The notes: generated by a model not told the origin, from the letters alone. Shown: positions 18,153-28,580, numbered from the stretch's first letter. The stretch is DNA of 64,000 bases from Methanobacteriota archaeon (GCA_043806635.1 JAZDGT010000033.1:24336-88335), one strand, 5' to 3'. Made by a program: numbers and translations.

Positions 18153-18491
18153 TCATTCATCTTTCAATTTAATACTGCATAACGCCATCGCCAGAGACAC
18201 ATCCAACTTACTCGTTAACGGCAGCAACCGTGACACTACCTCTTCCTCGAACACATTCGTAGGTCTCCGGCATAACAATAAATCCCTATCTCGATGAAAC
18301 AAATCAGCAATCTCACAACATTCCTCAGAATCCAACTTCCTTTCTTTCAGAACATCCACTTCTTTCTCCCAATATGAAATAAACTCTTGAAGATCCTGCA
18401 TCCAGGTTTCATCACTACCTGTTATCATAGAAACTCCCTGATAACTCATAGGAGATAGTACTACATAAAATTTTGTATACACACGACCCAC
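18153..18491 (-). CDS. Hypothetical protein
   Basis: ORF only, no motif. Confidence 0.25.
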   Translation of the reverse strand: MGRVYTKFYVVLSPMSYQGVSMITGSDETWMQDLQEFISYWEKEVDVLKERKLDSEECCEIADLFHRDRDLLLCRRPTNVFEEEVVSRLLPLTSKLDVSLAMALCSIKLKDE

Positions 18492-18623
18492 AGAAGGAAA
18501 AAAATAGGCAATACCTCCTATTCATCTCATCATATTCCTTACGTTCCTTACGAACGCAGAAAATTACATAAACGCCTCCAATCTCCATACTCGAAACACA
18601 ATCATAAAAAATACGTACGATAG

Positions 18624-18696
18624 AGCCCCGTGGTGTAGCGGTCAATCATTCGGGATTCTGGATCCCGCGACAGTGGTTCGAATCCACTCGGGGCTA
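18624..18696 (+). tRNA. tRNA-Gln (anticodon CUG), canonical archaeal-type sequence
   Basis: AGCCCCGTGGTGTAGCGG… with anticodon arm CGGGA-tTCTGga-TCCCG, T-arm GGTTCGAATCC, acceptor CGGGGCT, A73. Confidence 0.85.
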
Positions 18697-18731
18697 TCAC
18701 TCCCGACTCCTCTTTTTGATACAAAATGTGG

Positions 18732-19358
18732 TTACTCAAGCATCGTTACGGTCACCGAGTCACCTATCTCAACCAACGCACCCTCTGTCCGCTTCCCGAT
18801 ACTACAATTCACCACCGTTGTACCACCAGTTTTCGTCACACCCGGGTCCTCATGGATATGCCCACACAAGACCAGACGAGGCTGACACGCATCAACCAAA
18901 GCACGCAACGCTTTACTCCCCGCATGATGACCAATAAACACCCGATCCTGCAATTTATATGGGGGAACATGTGTCACCAACACTGACTTGTTATTCAACA
19001 CTTCCTCAATCGGCTTCTGTCCACCATCCACTGTAATAAGGATATCCGCTCCTGGATACAGCGGCGTACCCCCGACACCGATAAACGGAACACCCTTCTT
19101 CACCATCCGCCGTAAATCAATATTACTCGCTGAAATCGCTTCACCAACATCACCCGAATCAATATTACCTGGAACCGCCAATACATCAACCGGGATCTGA
19201 TTCAGAAAACTCTTTGCAACCTCCCCCGGCCCAAACTGAGTAATGTCCCCACAAATCACCAAAAGATCAGGAGTATACTTCTCAATGTTTTTCAAAACAA
19301 TATTCACCCGAAACTGAGCACCATGAAGATCAGCTACCGCAAGAATTTTCAACGACAT
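18732..19358 (-). CDS. Calcineurin-like metallophosphoesterase
   Basis: Motifs DLHG, GDITQFG, GNID, GHIHE. 208 aa. Confidence 0.75.
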   Translation of the reverse strand: MSLKILAVADLHGAQFRVNIVLKNIEKYTPDLLVICGDITQFGPGEVAKSFLNQIPVDVLAVPGNIDSGDVGEAISASNIDLRRMVKKGVPFIGVGGTPLYPGADILITVDGGQKPIEEVLNNKSVLVTHVPPYKLQDRVFIGHHAGSKALRALVDACQPRLVLCGHIHEDPGVTKTGGTTVVNCSIGKRTEGALVEIGDSVTVTMLE

Positions 19359-19785
19359 CTATCTTGGTCTGAATACATAAACACATAAAAAAACTTCCTA
19401 CGATACCCTACCGTAAGAACAAGACAAGACAGAGAAAATGCGACCATCATTCTCTCCTGCCATATAGCATACTGATCAATTCTTTTGTTGCCCTTCTTTA
19501 AAAAAAATCTCGGACAACTTCTCAACGAACTCTGGGCTAAACTCCATCCAACCCCTACGCTCCTTTCTCCAAATCGTATATCCTGAAGAACGTATAAATA
19601 TTTTACTTAAAAACAAGGTTTTTCACCACTCGATTTCCTATTGATGAGGACAACCGAAAAAAAACAGCCTTAATAAAAAAAATTTTTCGGTTCTATGACG
19701 TGATAAAGACAGGAACATTTTAATACCACCTTCCTTGATAAAGGATGAAAACTTACAAAAGAAAGAAAACAGAAGGAGAAACACC

Positions 19786-20205
19786 ATGGCGACTGAAGAA
19801 CAAATCACAAAAAACTTAACACTCATCGAATACTACAAGGAACAACTCTCAAACCTTGATCTTCAATTGCAGTACCTACAAGCCGCAGTTGTAGATTACC
19901 AAAAAGCGAAAGTCAGCATAGAACAATTAGATAACACGGAAGGCAAACCCGAGATTCTGGTACCCGTCGGCTCAGGGATTTTCATTCGTGGAGCAGCCAC
20001 AGATACTGGGAAAGTCCTCATTGATATCGGGGCCAGTATCGTCGCAGAAAAAACCGTAGAAGATGCGATAAAAAAAATTGATGACCGGATTGAGACTCTG
20101 CAAAAAAACCAGGAGAAACTCTACTCGATGGCGCAACAGATGCAACAGGAGGCTACCGAATTATCTAACAAGACACAGGATATGCTTGCAGAGCAGAGAA
20201 AATAA
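19786..20205 (+). CDS. pfdA: Prefoldin alpha subunit
   Basis: Coiled-coil/beta-hairpin/coiled-coil layout (LVPVGSGIFIRGAA…). Start assigned to MATEEQ rather than the upstream in-frame Met. Confidence 0.7.
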   Translation: MATEEQITKNLTLIEYYKEQLSNLDLQLQYLQAAVVDYQKAKVSIEQLDNTEGKPEILVPVGSGIFIRGAATDTGKVLIDIGASIVAEKTVEDAIKKIDDRIETLQKNQEKLYSMAQQMQQEATELSNKTQDMLAEQRK

Positions 20206-20234
20206 AGATTCACTAAATTTGGGGTAATAGAGAG

Positions 20235-21416
20235 ATGTTTAATTTTTTAAAGAAAAAACTGAAGCGATTCGAGGAACGAATAGAGGCAGAGTTAAAAGCT
20301 GAATTAAAAGAAGAAAAAAAACAAGAAACACCTCCAATAAAACCCCCCGTTGTATCTCCAAAGGAAGAACAGAAAACACTAGCGACTCCAGTACGACATC
20401 TGGAAAAAAAAATACGCGAAAAACCAGTACCACCTCCTGTGAGTAAGGGGAGACAGGAGCGCGAGCAGCAACTTGATAAACAGATTGAGGAAAGCATTGA
20501 GACTGAGTTGCAGCGGATTGTTCAGACCCGGAAGAGTATTGAAGAAGCGGTGCAGACTGAGAAAAAAACAGGGTGGGGTATCGATGAGAAAAAACTGGAT
20601 GATTTACTCTGGGATTTGGAGATGGACTTGTTAGAATCCGATGTCGCGTATTCCGTGATTGAATCGATTAAGAAGGATATCAAGGAGGAGTTGAAGCATG
20701 CACAATCTCGTTCTCAGATTAGTGAGTTTGTTGAGGCGGTATTAAAAAAATCTATTGCGAATGTGTTAACTGCGAATAATTTTGATTTTGTTGATTTTAT
20801 TGAGAAGCGGAAGAAACCTGTGGTGATCATGTTTGTTGGGGTGAACGGGACTGGGAAAACCCTTTCGATAGCAAAGATCGCGTATATGCTTAAGAAACAG
20901 GGGAAGACGTGTGTGATGGCTGCGGGTGATACGTTCCGTGCGGGCGCGATTGAGCAGTTGCAGATTCATGCGGATAATCTTGATGTGAAAGTGGTGAAAC
21001 ATGGTTCTGGTGCTGATCCTGCCGCGGTTGCGTTTGATGCGATTGAGCATGCAAAAGCAAAACACAAGGATGTTGTTCTTCTGGATACGGCGGGTCGGAT
21101 GCAGACGAACTCGAATCTGATGGATGAGATGGCAAAGATAAAGCGGGTGGCGAAACCTGATATGATTATTTTTGTTGGTGACGCGCTTTCAGGGAATGAT
21201 GCGGTAGAGCAGGCGAAACGGTTTAACGAGATAGTTGGTATTGATGGAGTGATTCTGACGAAGGTTGATGCGGATGCGAAAGGAGGGAGCTCCTTGTCGA
21301 TTGCGTATACGATAGGGAAACCACTCTTGTTTATTGGTGTTGGCCAAAAATATGAGGATCAGATCCCGTTTAACGCGGAGTGGATGGTGCAGCATATTTT
21401 TGGTAAAAACACGTAA
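20235..21416 (+). CDS. ftsY: Signal recognition particle receptor FtsY
   Basis: Charged N-terminal A-domain, NG domain with GVNGTGKT (G1), DTAGR (G3), TKVD (G4). Confidence 0.9.
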   Translation: MFNFLKKKLKRFEERIEAELKAELKEEKKQETPPIKPPVVSPKEEQKTLATPVRHLEKKIREKPVPPPVSKGRQEREQQLDKQIEESIETELQRIVQTRKSIEEAVQTEKKTGWGIDEKKLDDLLWDLEMDLLESDVAYSVIESIKKDIKEELKHAQSRSQISEFVEAVLKKSIANVLTANNFDFVDFIEKRKKPVVIMFVGVNGTGKTLSIAKIAYMLKKQGKTCVMAAGDTFRAGAIEQLQIHADNLDVKVVKHGSGADPAAVAFDAIEHAKAKHKDVVLLDTAGRMQTNSNLMDEMAKIKRVAKPDMIIFVGDALSGNDAVEQAKRFNEIVGIDGVILTKVDADAKGGSSLSIAYTIGKPLLFIGVGQKYEDQIPFNAEWMVQHIFGKNT

Positions 21417-21433
21417 CTTTTTTTTAGAAAGGG

Positions 21434-22108
21434 TTAGACTTGTATGGTTGTTCCATCAAAGGGTTGACCCGTGATTGCTTTTTCGAGTTGATCAAGGCGT
21501 CTACCGTTTACGATGAGTGTGGTGAGTCCGGCTCTTTTGATGATCTCGAGTGAGGGTGCATCGATTGCGATGTGTTTTCCTGCGGATTTCCATGCGGTTC
21601 CGTATTTCTGTATTAGCTCGTCAATGTGGATTACTTTGAGTTGTCGTGCATCCGGGTATTTGTTCGGGTCTTTATCGTAGATTCCGTCGACGTTGGTCGC
21701 GTTTATGAACCGGGTTGCTTTGGTTTTTTCTGCGAGCTCTGCTGAGACCATGTCGGTGCTGTGACCAGGAGTAGTCCCCCCCATGATGATGAGGTGGTGT
21801 TTGAGGTTTTTTGCTTCGTCGGTTGTCTGAGGAATCTCGGAGTTTGCGTTCTGGAGTAAGTTGGCGAGGAGTTTGGCGTTGACGCGGGTGATGTCTATCC
21901 CAAGTGAGTCCAGTGTGTCTTCCTGTATGCCGAGGGTTCGTCCTAGGTGGATGTAGTCTCGTGCGACTCGTCCGCCACCAACGACGATATAGAGTTTGTA
22001 TTCTGCACTAATTTTTTGGAGGAGGATCGCAAGTTTTTTCAGAAAATCAGGGTCTGCTTCTTTAGAGAGAAGCACGGATCCTCCTATGGAGACGACCACG
22101 GTTTTCAT
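21434..22108 (-). CDS. pyrH: Uridylate kinase (archaeal PyrH, amino-acid kinase fold)
   Basis: SIGGSVL, VVGGGRVAR, MGGTTPGHSTD, VDGIYDKDP. Start moved to the internal MKTVVVSIGG. Confidence 0.7.
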   Translation of the reverse strand: MKTVVVSIGGSVLLSKEADPDFLKKLAILLQKISAEYKLYIVVGGGRVARDYIHLGRTLGIQEDTLDSLGIDITRVNAKLLANLLQNANSEIPQTTDEAKNLKHHLIIMGGTTPGHSTDMVSAELAEKTKATRFINATNVDGIYDKDPNKYPDARQLKVIHIDELIQKYGTAWKSAGKHIAIDAPSLEIIKRAGLTTLIVNGRRLDQLEKAITGQPFDGTTIQV

Positions 22109-22185
22109 AACAACCTGATATAGAGTTTTTGATTTATTATGCTTGTTCACTGCAACGCAATAAAAAAAAGTGATGGTGTGGGGTT

Positions 22186-22626
22186 CTAGGCTACTTCAAC
22201 GCCACCAACTTGGCCTTTTTTCTGATCTGTGCCTAAGTGTACTTGTGGTAATGGTATCGGTGGTGGTAACCCGAGGTCTTTGGCGATGCCTACTGCTTCG
22301 GGGACGCAGGTATGCATCACTGCGGTATGGAGTTGACTCGCGACTTGATCAGGCATTTTATGGGTTTCATTCCATTTCTCAGCAAGGTTTTTCACGTCGT
22401 TATATTCGTACAGCAGGACTCCATCGATTTTGATCATCCCGATAGGGCCATAGCTTGCCGTGTACTGGAACTCAATCGTAGCGACGTCGCCGTTCGTATA
22501 GGAGACATGGGTGATGGTGCTGTTATGGTCGATACGGATCTGTCGCGGTTTCTCATTTAAATCAGTGTATCGTCGTGCTTCAATGGATTTCAGTTGAATA
22601 TTTTTTATTTTCATGGTCTTGATCAT
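22186..22626 (-). CDS. Hypothetical protein
   Basis: ORF with a probable internal start (MIKTMKIK). No motif. Confidence 0.35.
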   Translation of the reverse strand: MIKTMKIKNIQLKSIEARRYTDLNEKPRQIRIDHNSTITHVSYTNGDVATIEFQYTASYGPIGMIKIDGVLLYEYNDVKNLAEKWNETHKMPDQVASQLHTAVMHTCVPEAVGIAKDLGLPPPIPLPQVHLGTDQKKGQVGGVEVA

Positions 22627-22813
22627 AACAGATTTCTTCTTTTTAGTTCTTTCGTTTACACATATTCTCTGATATCTATTCATTCATGGAGTACGTTTTA
22701 CTGGAACGATATCGGATTCCCCTCCTATTAGATATACTACAAAGTAGTATGTCCTCCTTAGGAGACAGAGATAGAAAATTACATAAGTAACAATGAGATA
22801 AGCAAGGAATTAG

Positions 22814-23614
22814 ATGAAGAAACTCTTGATACCCGTCTTCCTTGTTATCCTCTGCTTCGGGGTCCTTGTTCCTACGGGGAACGCTGAGGTCACTATTCTG
22901 ATGGTGAATAGTCATACGATCACGGTCACGACAACCAATACTGGTTTAAACGTTGTCGAAGACTTAACCGTGAAAAATATTTGGACAAAACCTTGTGATA
23001 CGCTCGAGTTCTGGATACAACAAAATGCAGACGAGGTGAGCATCCTTGCAGTGGAAAATAATATCCCGCTCCCGTCGACGATCTCTGGTAATGTGTATTC
23101 CTGCAATCTCACGTTTCTGAATTTATCCCTCGTCAGTGATCAAACCATGACCTTGCGAGTCACCTACACGCTTCCAAAAACCAGTGAGGTCTATCAAAAA
23201 ACTACTTCCTATGATACGACTTCGTTCATCGTCCTCTTCAATAAGAAAGAGCTTTTCCGTAGTGGATCACTCGCAGCCGGTTCCTCACTACAGGTTCTCT
23301 TGTATCAACCTTCTGAGGCACCGGTGAATATGACGTACCTCCTCATCCTTCTTGTTCTGGTTATCCTCCTTATCACGGTCGCTTTACTGTTTCTGGGGAG
23401 ACATCGGAAAAAAACTGTTCGTTCATCAGGAGTGGAATCTGAAGAACTGCTCACTACACAAAAAAACCTTCTTCTTACCGTGTTAAAAGAGGTTGAGAAA
23501 CAACATCGTGCGAAAACCATCTCTGATGAAACCTATACGAAACTAAAAGACGAATATAAACAACAAGCAGTACTTGTGATGAAAAAACTTGATGATCTCG
23601 AGAAAAAACGTTAG
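22814..23614 (+). CDS. Secreted protein with C-terminal TM anchor and cytoplasmic coiled-coil tail
   Basis: Signal peptide, beta-rich ectodomain, TM (LLILLVLVILLITVALLFLG), K/E-rich tail. Confidence 0.5.
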   Translation: MKKLLIPVFLVILCFGVLVPTGNAEVTILMVNSHTITVTTTNTGLNVVEDLTVKNIWTKPCDTLEFWIQQNADEVSILAVENNIPLPSTISGNVYSCNLTFLNLSLVSDQTMTLRVTYTLPKTSEVYQKTTSYDTTSFIVLFNKKELFRSGSLAAGSSLQVLLYQPSEAPVNMTYLLILLVLVILLITVALLFLGRHRKKTVRSSGVESEELLTTQKNLLLTVLKEVEKQHRAKTISDETYTKLKDEYKQQAVLVMKKLDDLEKKR

Positions 23615-25062
23615 AAATCAAAGAGACTCGGTTGCTTCATTTCCGCCTTCTGTTCATGGTTTTCTTCTTTTTTCTCCTGCTCTGATGAACCCACTGTTTC
23701 TAACATGCTCTGAGTCTCATCAACATGTTCACAAAACTCAAGGATTTCTTTCAACTTCGACGCATGCTCAGATCCTAAGAGAAATTTGATTTCGCTCTCA
23801 GTCAGATCAAGTCGTTGTTTCATGATGCAGGCGAAACGGGTATCATGACAGAACACGTTTTTAAACTGAGGAAAAAAGATCTCTTTACTTTTCTTCTTGG
23901 AGTTATGCATATACCGCCCTAGTTTCATCGCAAGAGCATCCCGTACCTCCCGTTGTCCTTTACTTTGTTTCATCTCCTTCATCCATTGAGGGGGAGCATA
24001 TCGGACTGGGCTATACGTGTGGGTTTTCGCTGTAGTGACACCCCCTGTCATTAGATCTGATGCGTACGACCATAACCCATAGTATCGTCGACGGTAGACT
24101 CGACCGAAGAACACATCTGCTTTCGACACCATTTCATACCCGCGCGCCAGGTCAGCAACCATCTGATACTGTCGAGGGAGGTTCTCAGCGATCCAGAGTA
24201 AAAACGTTGTTGGTTCGATGTCTACACCGTCACATACACCCCGGACACTTTTCAGCGTATCACCAGTGAATACATCTCGAACCGCATCAAAAATAAGTTT
24301 ATCCCGATCCCGGTACCCGAGTACCTCCACTGAGCTGATATCTATCTTACCCCGGCCCAGACTCAGAGACTGAAGATCATTGACTGCGGAGCGGACATCA
24401 CCGTGACAACGCTCAGCAATGAGCTGTAACACTCTCGCTTCCACTGTCAGATTCTCCTCCCGACAAATCCGCCTCAACAATTCCACAATCTGACGATCAC
24501 CTACTTGATAAAACGGGATCACCAAACACAGATCCTTAAACCCCTCCCCGCCACCACGAACTAACGCATAATAATCATTCACAATCAAAATAATCGGCTG
24601 ACTCGTCATCCGGATCGTCTCAAGAATCGCTTTCTTCCCACCACGATCACTCAAATCCGTCATCCCGGATGATCTCGCTGATTTCTCAACCCGCTCATAC
24701 AGATTATCAGCCTCATCAAGAATAATCAGCTTCCTACCACCCTGCTGCGAGGAGAGAAACCGCCCCTGCGTATCAAACGTCTCATGGATGGCACCAGATG
24801 TTGCGACTTTCTTAATCATCACCGCATTCCGAGCATCAGAAGCATTCAGTTCAATGGATATCCAACCGAACTCAGAGGCTAACGCAAGCGCACTACTCGT
24901 TTTCCCTGTACCTGGTTTCCCAGAGAGAATCACCGCGCGTTTCTTCGGCACCCCTGAACTCGTCCATCGACGCGCCCACGTTCGCAGGGTAGCAAGCGCC
25001 TGCTCATTCCCTACTACATCGGTAAGCGTTTTTGGTCTGTACTTCTCCGTCCAGTCATCCAT
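23611..25062 (-). CDS. rfcL: Replication factor C large subunit
   Basis: MDDWTEKYRPKTL…VGNE, Walker A GKPGTGKTS, DEAD-like ILDEADN, 483 aa. 4-nt overlap with the upstream convergent ORF. Confidence 0.85.
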   Translation of the reverse strand: MDDWTEKYRPKTLTDVVGNEQALATLRTWARRWTSSGVPKKRAVILSGKPGTGKTSSALALASEFGWISIELNASDARNAVMIKKVATSGAIHETFDTQGRFLSSQQGGRKLIILDEADNLYERVEKSARSSGMTDLSDRGGKKAILETIRMTSQPIILIVNDYYALVRGGGEGFKDLCLVIPFYQVGDRQIVELLRRICREENLTVEARVLQLIAERCHGDVRSAVNDLQSLSLGRGKIDISSVEVLGYRDRDKLIFDAVRDVFTGDTLKSVRGVCDGVDIEPTTFLLWIAENLPRQYQMVADLARGYEMVSKADVFFGRVYRRRYYGLWSYASDLMTGGVTTAKTHTYSPVRYAPPQWMKEMKQSKGQREVRDALAMKLGRYMHNSKKKSKEIFFPQFKNVFCHDTRFACIMKQRLDLTESEIKFLLGSEHASKLKEILEFCEHVDETQSMLETVGSSEQEKKEENHEQKAEMKQPSLFDF

Positions 25063-25172
25063 TACTACTGAGGAAGAAAACTAGGGTATTTTAAGATTTG
25101 TTTTCATAAAACAGACAAAAAAACAAGGGAAAATATATATAGGGATAAACAGCACTATATTATAAGATAATT

Positions 25173-26483
25173 ATGATAAAACGACATCTCCCCAGATATT
25201 TCACAATTCTTGTGTGTACAGTATCCTTTTTTTCAACCATTGGATATGGTGGGCTCTCACAAAATGTAGAGAACGAATTCAATATTCAGGAAGCCATTAA
25301 CAATGCTCATCAAGGTGATATCATCATCGTCCCTAATGGGACGTACCCTGGCGGCATTGATTTTCTCGGAAAAGCAATCACCCTGAAAAGCCAGTATGGT
25401 CCAAAATACTGTATTATTGATGGTAATGAAATCCAATCTGGTGTTCGATTCAACAATAGTGAAGGACCACGATCTGTTCTCCAAGGATTCACCATTACCC
25501 GTTGTCAGGCAGTAAATAGTAAAGAATGTGGTATCTACCTAGGACAATACGCAGCTCCTACCATTCGGAACTGTATTGTCACAGGGAATACCGCTAGAAG
25601 CGACTCACTAGAATTCGAGGCAGCGGGAGCAGGGGTGTTTTGCGATCGTTTCTCCTCACCAACACTTGTTGAATGTACGATTTCTCATAATACACTCATT
25701 AGTGCGTACAATGGATATACAGAGGGTGCTGGTCTCTGCTCATTCTATGCATCACCAACACTTATGCGATGCTGGGTTGTGGATAACACGGTCTACGCTA
25801 TGGGATATGGTGGAGGAATGGGTGGTGGCATTTCAGGTTTTTATGGTGGGCAGATAACACTCCAAAGCTGTATGATAGTAAACAACACCGTCACCGGTGT
25901 GGGGTCTGCATATCATATGGGCGGTGGTCTCTGTGTTCGCTATGGAACACTTGCACTGATACAAGGTTGTACATTTTCAGGAAACCACGTGGTCATTAGT
26001 GGTTGTCCGTACCAATCCTTTGGTGGAGCCCTCTATGTTGGTGAAGGAGGAGACGCATGGATACGAAATACGATTCTCTGGAACAACCTCTGGGGTGATG
26101 AATCGCAGGAGATATTCATAAGCGATCCTTATACAAGCACACATGTGAATATCAACTTCAGCGTCATAGAAGGGGGAGAAGAAGGTATTATCATACTCAA
26201 CGCAACCTATCATGAGGACATTCTGGTTTACGGGACCATGAATCTGGTCAGTGATCCACTGTTCAGAGACCCTGTACGTCATGATTTCCATCTCACCCTG
26301 AATTCACCTTGTGTTGACGCAGGAGAACCGTTCACCTGGCAAGCGGTGAGTCCCACGATTTACAGTGCGGGAAAAGATATCGATGGAAACCCTCGGTTCA
26401 TTGATATTCCCTGGATTCGTTACCCTGGCCGTGGGCCTCTTGATATTGGTGCTGATGAAGTACTCCTATCGAATATGGGCTGA
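25173..26483 (+). CDS. Secreted right-handed parallel beta-helix (pectin-lyase-fold) repeat protein
   Basis: Signal peptide. Repeated NNTV/GGG beta-helix rungs. 436 aa. Confidence 0.55.
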   Translation: MIKRHLPRYFTILVCTVSFFSTIGYGGLSQNVENEFNIQEAINNAHQGDIIIVPNGTYPGGIDFLGKAITLKSQYGPKYCIIDGNEIQSGVRFNNSEGPRSVLQGFTITRCQAVNSKECGIYLGQYAAPTIRNCIVTGNTARSDSLEFEAAGAGVFCDRFSSPTLVECTISHNTLISAYNGYTEGAGLCSFYASPTLMRCWVVDNTVYAMGYGGGMGGGISGFYGGQITLQSCMIVNNTVTGVGSAYHMGGGLCVRYGTLALIQGCTFSGNHVVISGCPYQSFGGALYVGEGGDAWIRNTILWNNLWGDESQEIFISDPYTSTHVNINFSVIEGGEEGIIILNATYHEDILVYGTMNLVSDPLFRDPVRHDFHLTLNSPCVDAGEPFTWQAVSPTIYSAGKDIDGNPRFIDIPWIRYPGRGPLDIGADEVLLSNMG

Positions 26484-26570
26484 TACCTAAACCACAAATA
26501 AAACATTTTCTTGTTTCTTTTTTTTCATCATAATCTTTTTATTAACCTGGTTATTTCCCCTTCCGTATAT

Positions 26571-26654
26571 GCGGGGATGGCCCAGCCCGGCAAGGCGATG
26601 GATTGCTAATCCATTGGTCTCACGACCTCGGGAGTTCAAATCTCCCTCCCCGCG
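26571..26654 (+). tRNA. tRNA-Ser (anticodon GCU) with long variable arm
   Basis: Acceptor GCGGGGA/TCCCCGC with G73. Anticodon arm ATGGA-ttGCTaa-TCCAT. Variable arm GGTCTCACGACC. T-arm GGGAG-TTCAAAT-CTCCC. Confidence 0.85.
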
Positions 26655-26900
26655 CTAATTATTAACACGGTTATTTAACAGGAGAAAAATACAATATTTA
26701 TTGGTTGATTGGTACTTAAATCCCAACGGAAGTATGCTATTTATTAACATACAGATTTATGAAAGAATATACACAACTCTGAGGACTTTTCCCAACTTTC
26801 CTTATCCATCTACAGACCGACAGATACTATTTTATCAGGGAAATTAATACTTTCATTTATCCCCTATAATGATATTTATAGGATAGGAGATACTATCCCA

Positions 26901-27737
26901 ATGATGTTAAACAACAGACAAAAATGTTTGTATTATTTTTTACGAAAATCTGATTGTTGTTCAAAAATGCAACTTGCAAAAATCTTCTTCCTGATTAGTC
27001 ATGAGAGTAATATCAATGAAAGAGGGAAATTTTATAGTTTTATCCCTTATAAGTTTGGACCATACTCTTTCGAGTTATTCCATGACGTAGAATTGATGGA
27101 GCAAGAAAAAATAGTAGAATCTAATGGAAACAACATTACATTCGTAGGGGACAGTAAAATACCTGTTGAGAGTGCCCCAATCATTGATCAATACTTTGAA
27201 AACTATTTTTTCATAAATGAAAGAAAATTGATAAACATCGTGTATGAAAAATATCCTGATTATACGATTTTTAGTAAAATCAAAAAAAAGAAGGAATATA
27301 TCAGGGATTTAACAGGTGTGTACACGATTGGCTATGAGGGACGGTCGGTTGATGAATTTTTACTGAAAATAATTGATGAAAAAATCCAAATCCTTACTGA
27401 TATTCGGAATAATCCCTGGAGCATGAAATATGGTTATTCAAAACAAAATCTCGAAGTATTTTGTGATAAACTAGGAATCAATTACATGAGTATGCCATCT
27501 CTTGGAATTCCAAGTGCACTGCGGAAAAATTTGAATGAGAAAGAAGCGTACAAAAAACTGTTCACTATGTATCGTACATATCTTGGAAAGAAAGCAATAG
27601 AGATTCAAGATTTAAAACGACTGTCAGAAAAACATAGAATTGCCCTAATGTGTTTTGAGAGGAATCCAGATTATTGTCATCGCGGAGTTCTAGGAAAAGA
27701 ATTAGAAAAATTAGGTGCAGAGGTCGTATTCAATTGA
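26901..27737 (+). CDS. Two-domain protein: unknown N-terminal domain fused to a C-terminal DUF488 domain
   Basis: C-terminal half carries the DUF488 hallmarks YTIGYEGRSVDEF and ALMCFERNPDYCHR. 278 aa. Confidence 0.6.
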   Translation: MMLNNRQKCLYYFLRKSDCCSKMQLAKIFFLISHESNINERGKFYSFIPYKFGPYSFELFHDVELMEQEKIVESNGNNITFVGDSKIPVESAPIIDQYFENYFFINERKLINIVYEKYPDYTIFSKIKKKKEYIRDLTGVYTIGYEGRSVDEFLLKIIDEKIQILTDIRNNPWSMKYGYSKQNLEVFCDKLGINYMSMPSLGIPSALRKNLNEKEAYKKLFTMYRTYLGKKAIEIQDLKRLSEKHRIALMCFERNPDYCHRGVLGKELEKLGAEVVFN

Positions 27738-27757
27738 CATGGCAGAAAAAGAAAGTG

Positions 27758-28507
27758 ACAGTAGTAACAAAAGCATATCCTGAACATAGTAAAAGACATG
27801 GCACAGTAGCATGTACGGCAGGGATAACTGAAGATGGAGAATGGATCCGTCTGTATCCAATTGATATGAGACATTTTATCGGCTTTGATAAGATTTCAAA
27901 ATTTGATATTATCGAAGTGGAATGTTCACCTGATCTGGATAAGCTTAGTAGAAAAGAAAGTCATAAAGTAAGACCTGAATCCATCAAGATAGTCGATGAA
28001 AGTTTGACACGACCGAAAGCTGATTGGAAAAAACGAAATCAAATCGTTTTACCTATGCTTTCGAAATCCATTGAGCAATTACAAGAATCATATGAAAAAA
28101 ACAAAACATCCCTCGGATTGATCAAACCTCGTGAATTGTTCGATTTCGTAAAGACTGAAGACTTACTAATCTACGAAAAAGATAGCTGGTCTTTTACCGT
28201 AAATCTGGATGGTGTACGAATACCGAATGTTTCGAAAATACCGCACATCTTCCAATACCGTTTCAAATGTTCGGGATGCACTGATAGCGAACATGTAATG
28301 CAATGTGAGGATTGGGAGCTCTTTGAATCATATCGTAAGTGGGGAGAACAATATGGTAATACCGACCTTCTTTGGGCAAAACTAAAAGAACGATATTTCG
28401 CATGGATGATAGAGAAAAGAGATCTCTATTTTATTATGGGTACCCATTCTCAATATCCAACATGGTTTATCATTGGAATATATTACCCGCCAAAAAATAG
28501 CAAATAA
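27758..28507 (+). CDS. Hypothetical protein with C-terminal Cys/His cluster, partner of the DUF488 gene
   Basis: The ORF frame is open from 27674 and overlaps the upstream stop. The likeliest start is GTG 27758 or TTG 27734. CSGCTDSEHVMQCEDWE metal-binding-like cluster. Confidence 0.45.
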   Translation, partial: TVVTKAYPEHSKRHGTVACTAGITEDGEWIRLYPIDMRHFIGFDKISKFDIIEVECSPDLDKLSRKESHKVRPESIKIVDESLTRPKADWKKRNQIVLPMLSKSIEQLQESYEKNKTSLGLIKPRELFDFVKTEDLLIYEKDSWSFTVNLDGVRIPNVSKIPHIFQYRFKCSGCTDSEHVMQCEDWELFESYRKWGEQYGNTDLLWAKLKERYFAWMIEKRDLYFIMGTHSQYPTWFIIGIYYPPKNSK

Positions 28508-28514
28508 AAAACCG

Positions 28515-28580
28515 CTCAACAGATATAAAATCAACAAATATGTTAACAAATACGAGTCCGAATCTCCCTTCCCCGCGTAA
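28515..28580 (+). repeat. Cassette-boundary repeat, copy a (65 nt, tRNA-Ser 3' end-like core)
   Basis: ctcaacagatataaaatcaacaaatatgttaacaaatacgagtccgaatctcccttccccgcg. The 3' 27 nt resemble the tRNA-Ser T-arm and acceptor. Confidence 0.6.

Noticed and set aside
19360-19785. 425-nt spacer upstream of the prefoldin gene containing ORF 19638..19826 (62 aa, minus)
   Set aside because: The ORF is hydrophobic nonsense overlapping the pfdA start region. The spacer probably holds promoter or leader sequence only. The in-frame upstream Met of the track ORF (19735) is rejected in favour of MATEEQ at 19786.
20213-21395. Several 60-100-aa ORFs on both strands within ftsY
   Set aside because: They are nested inside a high-confidence SRP-receptor gene. 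They are shadow ORFs.
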